NCBI GenBank assembly: GCA_964545975.1
Contig: CAZJHY010000002.1
Span: 18,867-82,866, forward strand
Length of the DNA: 64,000 nucleotides
From: an uncultured Clostridia bacterium
GTDB lineage: Bacteria > Bacillota > DTU025 > MWDF01
Direction: 5' to 3'
A program made the translations under genes and the position numbers. Position 1 is the stretch's first letter; each line of letters opens with the position of its first letter. The notes below the pieces were generated by a model. The model did no database searches, was not told where the DNA came from, and worked only from the letters and a program-made list of their open reading frames with translations. Shown here in pieces: positions 56,140 to 64,000 of this stretch.

Positions 56140-57318
56140 TCAGAAGGTGGGGCCCACCCTGTATATGCCGAACTCCCTGTGGCCTGTAATCTCTGATTTG
56201 GTGAGCTTGCCCCTTGCGGATTCGACCATCGCGGAGAAGATCAGGGCTCCGGCCTCGTCCAGCGTCATCTCCCCGGCCATGACGGGGCTCAGGTCGATAT
56301 CGATGTTGCCGCTCATCCTTTCATAGGTCCTGCCGTTGGCTGTCACTTTTATGACCGGCGCAATGGGAGTCCCGGTCGGGGTGCCCAGCCCGGTGGTGAA
56401 GACAACTATATGAGCCCCTCCTGCGAGCATGCCGATCATGGAATCGACATCCTGGCCCGGGCTGTCCATCATGTAGAGGCCCCGTGCTCCTTCAGGAAGC
56501 TCCTCACCATACTTGAGGACGCCCATCATCCTGGACTTTCCTGCCTTCAGGATGCAGCCCAGGGACTTCTCCTCTATCGTTGAAAGGCCTCCTTTGATGT
56601 TTCCTGGTGTGGGTTGCGTGCCCCTGAGGTCCGATCCCATCGCAAGCGCCCGCTTCTCGACGTCGTCGACAATCCCAAGAAGCTGATGCGCGGTCTCATC
56701 AGAGCAGCACCTTGCCGCAAGTATCCTCTCCGCGCCTATGAGCTCAGTGGTCTCGGAAAGTATGGAAGTGCCGCCCGCTGCGACGAGCATGTCCGACGCT
56801 ACTCCTAATGAAGGGTTGGCGGCTATCCCGGACGTGGGGTCCGATCCTCCGCATTCAAGCCCCAGCACCAGCTCGGATATCGGGAAAGGTTCCGGCTTCA
56901 TGTCCGAGATGCCGGAAGCAAGAGCCCTTGCCTTCCTGATGCCATCCGCGACCGCACCGTCAGTCCCGCCGCATTCCTGTATGATAACCAGCTCAACCTG
57001 CTTCCCCGATCTTGCTATGCCCTCTACGAGCTGCGAGGGCTGCATGCCCTCGCAGCCGAGTCCCACTACAAGGACAGCGCCCGTATTGGGATTGGTCCCC
57101 ATGCCGATGAGCGTCCTTGCCGTCTGAGCGTAGTCTTCCCCCATCTGGCAGCAGCCGTTCGAATGGACGAGCGCGACAGCGCCCGGCACAGCGGCGGCGA
57201 TGCGCGACGACACCTCGCCTGCGCAGACTGAAGCAGGGATGATCGCCATGTGGTTTCTTAAGCCGTGCCTTCCGTCGGGCCTTCTATACCCGTAGAGCAT
57301 TATCGTATCGCCTGCCAT
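56140..57318 (-). CDS. UxaA-family dehydratase, large (C-terminal) subunit (altronate dehydratase / SuyB-like)
   Basis: Blocks include VVGLGCEG, LGLECGGSD and GLSTIEEKSLGC. Confidence 0.8.
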   Translation of the reverse strand: MAGDTIMLYGYRRPDGRHGLRNHMAIIPASVCAGEVSSRIAAAVPGAVALVHSNGCCQMGEDYAQTARTLIGMGTNPNTGAVLVVGLGCEGMQPSQLVEGIARSGKQVELVIIQECGGTDGAVADGIRKARALASGISDMKPEPFPISELVLGLECGGSDPTSGIAANPSLGVASDMLVAAGGTSILSETTELIGAERILAARCCSDETAHQLLGIVDDVEKRALAMGSDLRGTQPTPGNIKGGLSTIEEKSLGCILKAGKSRMMGVLKYGEELPEGARGLYMMDSPGQDVDSMIGMLAGGAHIVVFTTGLGTPTGTPIAPVIKVTANGRTYERMSGNIDIDLSPVMAGEMTLDEAGALIFSAMVESARGKLTKSEITGHREFGIYRVGPTF

Positions 57319-57608
57319 CAGGAATTCCTCCTGGCCCTAAGGCTTGCTATGTTGTGTATGTGCACATGCTCGCCCTTTGCTATGGGCTTCGTAGCAACTC
57401 CCATCGGATTTCCGTATTTGCTTATGATCCCGCCCTCGGGAATGTCCGCAAGAGAGATCTTGTGGTACATCGGCACATTGGTGGAAGCCGTCACCGAGAA
57501 ACTTGAAACACCCGCCTTGCCGGCCACGAGCACTTCCTCGCCGGTTATCGCGTCTTGCAGCATGGTCGCTATGTTGTCAGCCGGGTCGGAGATCAATCCC
57601 TTGGGCAT
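57318..57608 (-). CDS. UxaA-family small subunit (SAF domain; SuyA-like)
   Basis: SAF-type blocks are D.VATML..I..GE and G..I.KYG.PIG.AT..I..GEHVH.HN. Its stop overlaps the start of the large subunit. Confidence 0.75.
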   Translation of the reverse strand: MPKGLISDPADNIATMLQDAITGEEVLVAGKAGVSSFSVTASTNVPMYHKISLADIPEGGIISKYGNPMGVATKPIAKGEHVHIHNIASLRARRNS

Positions 57609-57738
57609 GATAATCCTCCTGATGCTCAGGTAAGTTGGACACCAATCGGCGCCTTACTGATAGAATAATACATGGGGACGCCCATTGCACCAACCAAAGG
57701 GCGGCTCTGAAGCTGAAGACACATCGCGGAGGTGTGGC

Positions 57739-58458
57739 ATGGGCAGATATGACAGACACCGGGGCCTTCCGGGCTTCGATGGGGGCGCGCAGGGCAGGCT
57801 GGCAAATTCGGGCGCGCTCGTAGTGGGAGCTGGAGGCATAGGTTCGCCGCTTCTTTACTACCTCGCCGCAGCGGGCGTGGGCAGAATCGGCATAATCGAT
57901 TCCGATGTAATCGAGCTTTCGAACTTGAACAGGCAGATTCTGCACTTCACACCGGACATAGGTGAAGTGAAGGCCTCCTCGGCCGCATTCAAGATAACCC
58001 AGCTGAACCCCGAGGTGAAGGCCATGGTGCATGCCTTAAGGCTGGAGGACGAGAACGCGCCGGAGCTAATAATGGGCTACGATATAGTGCTGGGCGCCGT
58101 TGACAACCCCCATGCAAGGCAGGTGATAAACAGGGCCTGCAGGAAGACCGGCACTGCATATATCGACGGGTCGGTTGAAGGGTATACTGGCATGGTCGGC
58201 TTCTTCGAACCGAAGATCGGCCCCTGCAGGGCATGCCTTCTGCCCGACGAGTCAGAGGAGAAGGGGGAGCCCCCTTCGGTGCTTGGAGCCACTGCCGGTG
58301 TTGTCGGTTCCATCATGGCTGCGGAAGCTGTGAAGTTCCTTGCCGCCGGGAGGACCGGATTCCCGTCCGGTAGGCTGATATATTTCGACCTCTACACCGG
58401 CGCCTTCGAGACGATGGAGCTTCAGAGGAAGGACAACTGCAAGGTTTGCGGGGCATAG
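57739..58458 (+). CDS. ThiF/MoeB/HesA-family E1-like adenylyltransferase
   Basis: The start was set to the ATG at 57739 (GGAGG 6 nt upstream). Motifs are VVGAGGIGSPLLYYLAAAGVGRIGIIDSDVIELSNLNRQ, CRAC...CKVC. Confidence 0.8.
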   Translation: MGRYDRHRGLPGFDGGAQGRLANSGALVVGAGGIGSPLLYYLAAAGVGRIGIIDSDVIELSNLNRQILHFTPDIGEVKASSAAFKITQLNPEVKAMVHALRLEDENAPELIMGYDIVLGAVDNPHARQVINRACRKTGTAYIDGSVEGYTGMVGFFEPKIGPCRACLLPDESEEKGEPPSVLGATAGVVGSIMAAEAVKFLAAGRTGFPSGRLIYFDLYTGAFETMELQRKDNCKVCGA

Positions 58459-58564
58459 AAGCCGTCCTGCCTGTTGAACAAGGGCAGTGATTGAAGCATA
58501 ATCATATGTGTTGCCGAATATGGCCGGCTTGGAGCTGGCTTCAATAAACTTAGGAGGAAGAAAG

Positions 58565-59728
58565 ATGCGCAATAAGGAAATGTTGCTGATACCGGGCCCG
58601 ACTCCGGTAGCCGACGAAGTGTACGATGCCTTATCAGGAGAGACCCGCGCCCATACCGACCCCAGGTTCGTCGAGATCTATAAGAATGCCCTCGCAATGA
58701 CCAGGCAGATGTTCAGTTGCGACGGGGAAGTATTCGTGGTGGCGGGTTCCGGCACGCTTTCGATGGAGATTGCGATTGTGAACACCGTAGCTCCCGGGGA
58801 GAAGCTCCTGGTATTGAGCCATGGCTATTTCGGCGACAGGTTCATCCAGCTTGCCGAGGCATTCGGAATCAAGGCCGAGGCGATCAAGTCCGAGTGGGGC
58901 AAGCACGTCGATTTGAAGGAAGTCGAGGCGAAGCTCGCCGAGGGAGGCTTCAAGGCCGTCACAGTCACCCATGTCGACACGTCTACCGGCGTCGAGTCAG
59001 ACCTGGAGAAGCTAGTCCCCGTCATCAAGAAGAGCGGCGCCCTTCTCATACTTGACGGCGTGTGCGCGACAGCGGCTATAGAGGAGGACATGTCCAGAGC
59101 TTACGCAGGCAACGAGGCCTATAAGATCGACTTGGTGCTCACCGGGAGCCAGAAGGCCATCGGAGTGCCACCGGGACTTGCGATAGTGGCTTTCGGCAAG
59201 AAGGCGCTTGAGGCGAGGGCCGCATTGGGAAGGGTGAGCGCATACTACGCCGACATCAACATGTGGACGCCCGTCATGCAGAACCCGGGCAAGTACTACG
59301 CAACCCCAGCCGTGAACATGATCTACGCATACGAGGCAGGCATGAAAGCTGTAATGGCCGAGGGGCTCAAAGCCCGCTACGCAAGGCACAAGGCATATGG
59401 GAAGGCAGTGAGGGCGGCTCTCGCCACATACGGGCTCAAGCCCCTTGCCGAATCCGGCATAGAAGCGCCGACTCTTACGACCTTCAGGCACGTCGAGGGC
59501 ACGGACGACGCGGCATTCAGGGCAGCCCTCGCCAAGCGCGGCATGATAGTCGCAGGCGCCCTCGCATCCCTCGCAGGAAAGGCGTTCAGGCTTGGACACA
59601 TGGGAAGCACCACCCCTGAGATGCTGGAGAAGGCCATCACTCTTATCGGAGAGGTACTAAGCGAGATGGGGATGAAGGCCGATGCCGGCAGGGCTGTTGC
59701 CGAGTTCAGGAAGGCCTACGGAGCGTAA
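58565..59728 (+). CDS. Class-V aminotransferase (serine/alanine--glyoxylate aminotransferase family)
   Basis: The start was set to the ATG at 58565 (AGGAGG upstream). Motifs are LLIPGPTPV and PLP-Lys TGSQKAIGVPPGLA. Confidence 0.85.
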   Translation: MRNKEMLLIPGPTPVADEVYDALSGETRAHTDPRFVEIYKNALAMTRQMFSCDGEVFVVAGSGTLSMEIAIVNTVAPGEKLLVLSHGYFGDRFIQLAEAFGIKAEAIKSEWGKHVDLKEVEAKLAEGGFKAVTVTHVDTSTGVESDLEKLVPVIKKSGALLILDGVCATAAIEEDMSRAYAGNEAYKIDLVLTGSQKAIGVPPGLAIVAFGKKALEARAALGRVSAYYADINMWTPVMQNPGKYYATPAVNMIYAYEAGMKAVMAEGLKARYARHKAYGKAVRAALATYGLKPLAESGIEAPTLTTFRHVEGTDDAAFRAALAKRGMIVAGALASLAGKAFRLGHMGSTTPEMLEKAITLIGEVLSEMGMKADAGRAVAEFRKAYGA

Positions 59729-59748
59729 GGGAAGGCTGGCGATAAACC

Positions 59749-59787
59749 GGAGGGGGCTGCGCACAGTATGCGCAACCCCCTCCTTTT
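59749..59787. terminator. Strong bidirectional terminator between convergent genes
   Basis: GGAGGGGG-C-TGCGC pairs with GCGCA-A-CCCCCTCC, followed by TTTT. Confidence 0.75.
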
Positions 59788-59801
59788 CACATGAAGAACA
59801 C

Positions 59802-62800
59802 CTAGAACAGGTCGAATTCGAGGTTGTAGCCGACGACGCTGACGCTGAACTTGCCAGTTGCAAGGTCTACTGAACCACTTACCGACTTGGGGTCGATTAC
59901 TGGCGCGTCCACTGTCCCTGAAGCGGTGAGCTTGAGTTCGTTCGTGTTCTGGATTCCTACCGAGACAGTCGCGGAAAGGGAGAACGTGGGGTCGGATATG
60001 AGCGGAACGGGCACGGTGCAGCTTGCGCTCGCAGACATGCTGCCTGTCAGCGAAATCGAGCTTGATGTAAGGGTGAAGTTGCACTTCACGTTGTTTGCGC
60101 CCAGCCCCAGATAGGCGATTCCCGTTATGCTGCCGGATTTTGCGATGCCGAAGTCCGCGTTTGCAAGAGTCACATTCGCGAGCTTAAGCCTTCCGGTTCC
60201 CCTCATGCCGTTTGCGGTGTCAAGCGTGAGCTTGCAGTTTTCGATAGTCACCTTCTTTCCTCCGGGCAGCGGGAAGTCCATGTTCTGCTCGTATTTGCCG
60301 GAAGCTCCGGTCGGAGTCACGGTGAAGTCGAAGTTCGGCTTCACTCCCAGGATGTCTATCTTGCCAGTACCTGTTATCGCCGAGTTGGCAAGCTTGAGGG
60401 AGGCCTCCGCGGCATCCCAGCTGCACACCGTTATCTGGCCAGTCGCCGTGGCTTCGAACTTAGTGGTGCTGGCAGCGACGGTGAACTGGGTCGACGTCAG
60501 CCCGGGGACGGCCAGCTTGAAGCTTCCTGTCATCGTGGAACCGGCAATCCTAAGGTCCGCATTGGTCACGTCATAGCCCATTACCGTGATGCTTCCGGCG
60601 TATGTGATGTCCAGCTTGGTAGGTGAGGCATCCACGAGATAGCTTGTCTTGGCGATTCCCGGCACAGTAATATCGAGGGTCCCCGTGACGGCAAGGCCGT
60701 TTAATGTCAGCGAGCCTGTCGCAAGCGTCCAGCCCATCAGGGTGGGCCCGGCGACGGTGGCGGAGCCGGAAATGCCGGTCGGCGTTATGGTTACGTTGAA
60801 CGACTGAGTGAACGACGGAGTAGTGCCAAGCTTGAGGCTTGCCGTCCCGACCAGGCTGTTGTTGCTGAAGCTCACGCTTATGGAAGTTGACGTCCAGCTC
60901 AGGAGCTTGCCTGAGGAGAGGCTTGCGCTTCCTGTGACCGTCGTGGGGGTGAATGTTAGGTTTGCCGCGGCCTTGCTTCCTCCGGGCAGGTCGACCTTGC
61001 CGGCGCCCGTGAACGATGTATCCGTCATCGTGAGCTTCATCGTCGTGAAGGTCCATCCCATAATCGTGAGATCCTGCGTGACAGTCCCGGAGAAGGACGT
61101 AGGTGTGATGTTGAATGCCAGGCTCACGCTTGGTCCAGAAGGCAGCGACACTGAAGCGCTGCCGGAGATCTTCGTCGTGCTGAGCGAAAGAGATGCATTC
61201 GTGAGGTTGTACCCGAGAAGCGTGAGGCTTTGGGCTGCTGTCGCGGTGAAGCTCGTAGGTGTTCCGCTGAGGCCGAAGGCGATGCTCGAGTTTCCGGGTA
61301 TGCCGGCCTTGGCGCTTCCGGAGAAGCTGCCATCGGTCACCGTGACTGCCGCCTCGGCCAGCGTCCATGAGCCGTACCCGACCGAGCCTGCCCAGCTTGC
61401 GCTCAGCTTCAGGTCCGATGTTATGGTTATACCGTACTGCATCTCGGTCGCGGTGCCGGGAAGCTTAATGTATCCTGTACCCGTGATCTTTGTGTTGCCG
61501 ATCGCAAGCTGAGTCCTTGCCAGCGACCAGCCTGCTATCTTGAAATCCTTAGCATAGCTTCCGCTGATTGTGCCGTCGCTGCTTACGCTGATGTCCCATC
61601 GTGTGGTCGTCCCGCCCGGCATGACGAGGTCGCCTGAGCCTGTGATGCCGGAGTTATCCAACCGGAAGTCTGCGTTGGCAAAGGCCCAGGGGCCGATTCT
61701 CACCGACTGCTTGGCACTTCCATAGAACTGCCCTGTAGAAAGGTCGATGCCCACTGCATACTGCTGGCTCACCCCGAGCAGGCTTGCCGTGGCTGTGCCC
61801 TGGCCCGACAGCTCGAAGTCGGGGCCTAACCTCATGTCAATCGAGGCCGACGCCGGCATGAAGGGAAGGCCGGGGTTTGCAGACCAGTGCAGCCCATCAT
61901 CCTTAAGGCTCCCCGAAGCTATGCTGAAGGTCCTTTCGGCTATTCTGACTGTCCCCTTCCAGCTGCCGGACAGCACCTTACCGGCTTTGTCGGTTTTAAA
62001 GCTCGCATCGACCGTGCCGCCGATAGGAAGGTGAAGCTTCCCTGAGCCGCTCAATGACCCGTCCTGCGCCACGGAACCCTTGTAGGATGTGACAAGGAAG
62101 CCTGCTACGATGACCTCAACAGGTGAGGTTGGCTTGCTGTCCACCTCCCGGAACGTAACGTTGAACAACTTGTGCTTGGTATCAACCCCCGCTGAGGCCT
62201 CCACCTCTACGAATTCTCCGGGCTCGACCTTGCCCTCGCCTTCAAACTCGAACAGAAGGCCCACGGAAGCCTCGCCGTCCTTGCCTGCGCTGTCGTACTT
62301 GCTTCCTGCCAAAACGCAGGGCAGCTCTAGGTCGGTCTTGATGAATGCCTTGGCTCCGATTCCGATTTCCGCTGCAGCTTCGGCGCCCAAGGAGACGTCG
62401 AATCCACCGCCGAGCTTAAGCGTGAATGTGGAATCCTTCTTGAATTCGGTGACTGCCTTGGATGTCAGGCTTGCAAATGAACCGGCGGCCTTCTTCATGA
62501 GCGGCGTGAAGTTGCCGCTTCGCACGCACTCGGGAAGCGATGCCAGCAGTTCGATTACGGAAGAGCCTCCCGCCTTTATGGTCTCCGCCATTGAGGAGAG
62601 GGGGAACTTGGCCTCAAGTGTCATAAGGGGTATGCCCGGACTCAGCTCCAGTTCGAGCAGCGTGCCAGCCGGGACTGCTGAAAGCAGCCTGTTCCAGTCA
62701 GGTTCCTGTGCCGCCCGCCTTCCGGAGATGCCCTTAGGGGAGATCCGGTCGATTATATAGACTATCGCATTGATGCATTCATTGACGAAATCGGTCCTGA

Positions 62801-64000
62801 AAATTGACTGAATGCTTCGACCCGCCGGAATCTCAGCCTCTATCCCGAACATGCGAAGCGAAGTGGCGGAATCGGACTTCCCCTCGCCAAGCGCGTCCAA
62901 TGCAACTTCAAGCTTCGCTTTGGAGTTCGATGAAGCAGCCAAGGCCTTGGACAGGCCGCTTCTTGCAAGGTTTGCCAGGATGCGCTCTAGCTCCGCGGCA
63001 TCCCTTCCGATTGCCTCAGGATCGTTGAAGGACCTATATGTCGCATACCTCTGAATATATGGAAGGGAGTCCATGCCTGCCTGAAGGACATCTCCTATGA
63101 CGGCTACGGTCAGCTTCGCCGCGTCTCCTACCGGCAGCATGAAGCCTATCCCTGCCTTAAGGCTTCCTGCGGTTGCGGAAGTGTCAGCCGCCCCGACGCC
63201 GGCCTTTGCCGTAAGCTCGACCTGGATGCCGACTTCACCAAGCGTGTCTCCTGAGGCGGTTATGCTTGAGAGCACCTGCCTGAAGCCGGCATAAAGCATA
63301 TTTGCGGCCGTCCTTGCGTCAACCTCCATGCCGGGTTTAATGGGCGCCGACCTCTGCATCGCCTCCATGGCCTGCCTGGCAAACGCCGTGGCCTTATGAG
63401 GCTCGCACTCGTAGCAGAGCTTGCCTTCCAGCTCTCCTTCAAGCATGAGCTCGGCATCGAAGGTGGCCTCAATGCCGAGTCCTATCTCACATTCGACTTT
63501 GGTGGGGACAAAGTCGAAGGCGGACAGGTCGATGCTGAACAGCTGACCGCCGATTTCCATCGATGAAGAGGCCCTGATAAGCGGGAGGCCCCCAACCAGG
63601 GGCATCCTTGCCTGGAAGGACGAGTACAAGCCTCCGGTGATGTCGATGAATGCGTAGGGAAGGCCGGGGGTGGGATTTGAAAGCCTGCCTCCGGCGTAAT
63701 CGCAAAGAGGGTCGGAGTTCGAGATGCCTACGATGAGCCTGCTTCCGGATGCTCTCATTATACCCATCACCGCAAGAGATCCTCCCCGCTTGAAAGCCTC
63801 AAACCTTCCTCCTGGGAAGCTCCAGCCTATCTCCGCATCGGGAATGGATGCCAATGCCGACCTGATCTTGTCATAGGCGGCCTTGATCTGCGGGCCTGTT
63901 ATGTAGATCATCGCCTGTGCGAGCTTGCTGAGCTCGCCGGCGACCGCCTTCATCTCTTCATCCAGTTTTACTTCCAGAGGGCTTTTGAAGCGGTTGATGA
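59802..64000 (-). CDS. Giant Ser/Thr/Gly-rich repeat protein of unknown function (at least 1399 aa); 5' end probably outside window
   Basis: The frame stays open upstream of the first Met (63953) to the window edge. No signal peptide is visible at the first Met. The C-terminal half is repetitive beta-strand-like sequence ending ..NLEFDLF. Confidence 0.75.
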   Translation of the reverse strand, partial: INRFKSPLEVKLDEEMKAVAGELSKLAQAMIYITGPQIKAAYDKIRSALASIPDAEIGWSFPGGRFEAFKRGGSLAVMGIMRASGSRLIVGISNSDPLCDYAGGRLSNPTPGLPYAFIDITGGLYSSFQARMPLVGGLPLIRASSSMEIGGQLFSIDLSAFDFVPTKVECEIGLGIEATFDAELMLEGELEGKLCYECEPHKATAFARQAMEAMQRSAPIKPGMEVDARTAANMLYAGFRQVLSSITASGDTLGEVGIQVELTAKAGVGAADTSATAGSLKAGIGFMLPVGDAAKLTVAVIGDVLQAGMDSLPYIQRYATYRSFNDPEAIGRDAAELERILANLARSGLSKALAASSNSKAKLEVALDALGEGKSDSATSLRMFGIEAEIPAGRSIQSIFRTDFVNECINAIVYIIDRISPKGISGRRAAQEPDWNRLLSAVPAGTLLELELSPGIPLMTLEAKFPLSSMAETIKAGGSSVIELLASLPECVRSGNFTPLMKKAAGSFASLTSKAVTEFKKDSTFTLKLGGGFDVSLGAEAAAEIGIGAKAFIKTDLELPCVLAGSKYDSAGKDGEASVGLLFEFEGEGKVEPGEFVEVEASAGVDTKHKLFNVTFREVDSKPTSPVEVIVAGFLVTSYKGSVAQDGSLSGSGKLHLPIGGTVDASFKTDKAGKVLSGSWKGTVRIAERTFSIASGSLKDDGLHWSANPGLPFMPASASIDMRLGPDFELSGQGTATASLLGVSQQYAVGIDLSTGQFYGSAKQSVRIGPWAFANADFRLDNSGITGSGDLVMPGGTTTRWDISVSSDGTISGSYAKDFKIAGWSLARTQLAIGNTKITGTGYIKLPGTATEMQYGITITSDLKLSASWAGSVGYGSWTLAEAAVTVTDGSFSGSAKAGIPGNSSIAFGLSGTPTSFTATAAQSLTLLGYNLTNASLSLSTTKISGSASVSLPSGPSVSLAFNITPTSFSGTVTQDLTIMGWTFTTMKLTMTDTSFTGAGKVDLPGGSKAAANLTFTPTTVTGSASLSSGKLLSWTSTSISVSFSNNSLVGTASLKLGTTPSFTQSFNVTITPTGISGSATVAGPTLMGWTLATGSLTLNGLAVTGTLDITVPGIAKTSYLVDASPTKLDITYAGSITVMGYDVTNADLRIAGSTMTGSFKLAVPGLTSTQFTVAASTTKFEATATGQITVCSWDAAEASLKLANSAITGTGKIDILGVKPNFDFTVTPTGASGKYEQNMDFPLPGGKKVTIENCKLTLDTANGMRGTGRLKLANVTLANADFGIAKSGSITGIAYLGLGANNVKCNFTLTSSSISLTGSMSASASCTVPVPLISDPTFSLSATVSVGIQNTNELKLTASGTVDAPVIDPKSVSGSVDLATGKFSVSVVGYNLEFDLF
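60306..61727 (-). repeat. Protein-level tandem array: nine ~51-55-aa degenerate repeats inside the giant gene
   Basis: By manual alignment, the units start FYGSAKQ, ISGSYAK, LSASWAG, FTATAAQ, FSGTVTQ, VTGSASL, ISGSATV, LDITYAG and FEATATG. The consensus is x-SG-S-x5-T-x2-GW-T-L-x2-A-x-L-x-L-x5-TG-S/T-G-x3-LPG-x7-F-x-I/V-TPT. There are weaker copies on both sides. Confidence 0.7.

Noticed and set aside
1-64000. CRISPR arrays, rRNA genes, transposases/IS elements, reverse transcriptases and toxin-antitoxin pairs.
   Set aside because: I saw no regularly spaced direct repeats and no rRNA-like sequence. No ORF carries DDE/HUH, RT (YxDD) or typical TA motifs.

Overview
This is a GC-rich bacterial chromosomal window (GC judged by eye, not computed), densely coded on both strands. 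Most long ORFs in the six-frame track that lie antisense to the genes below look spurious. Recognisable housekeeping content includes a 9-gene minus-strand operon, gcvT-gcvH-gcvPA-gcvPB followed by two radical-SAM genes, an LplA-like ligase, a formamidase and a GNAT. Also present are lpdA, tilS-ftsH, cca, a glycerate kinase gene, murD, folD, tcdA, an ECF sigma/anti-sigma/HtrA module and three tRNA genes (Asp-GTC, Gly-CCC, Thr-CGT). Accessory or sensory content includes two tandem S8 subtilase lipoproteins, three consecutive PAS/HD-GYP genes, a NitT/TauT-type ABC transporter next to a double carbon-nitrogen hydrolase, and a five-gene flavin/Fe-S amino-acid-dehydrogenase-like cluster. There is also a split UxaA/SuyAB-like dehydratase, MATE and LysE exporters, and a giant repeat protein of at least 1399 aa that runs off the right edge. 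The items I consider most worth follow-up are listed here. (1) A Moco/Tuco-class riboswitch-like leader with a terminator precedes two exported paralogs that have a molybdopterin-oxidoreductase-like fold. (2) A single in-frame UGA joins the two halves of a secreted beta-propeller, with a CxxU context and a downstream hairpin, making it a selenoprotein or pseudogene candidate. (3) LipS1/LipS2-type radical-SAM lipoyl synthase genes are embedded in the gcv operon. (4) A +1 frame break splits a multi-PAS HD-GYP sensor. (5) The giant protein carries about nine ~52-aa repeats. (6) A catalytically dead, HTH-less resolvase domain sits next to tRNA genes. No CRISPR array, transposase, integrase or rRNA was seen. 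Taxon cannot be assigned from the sequence alone.
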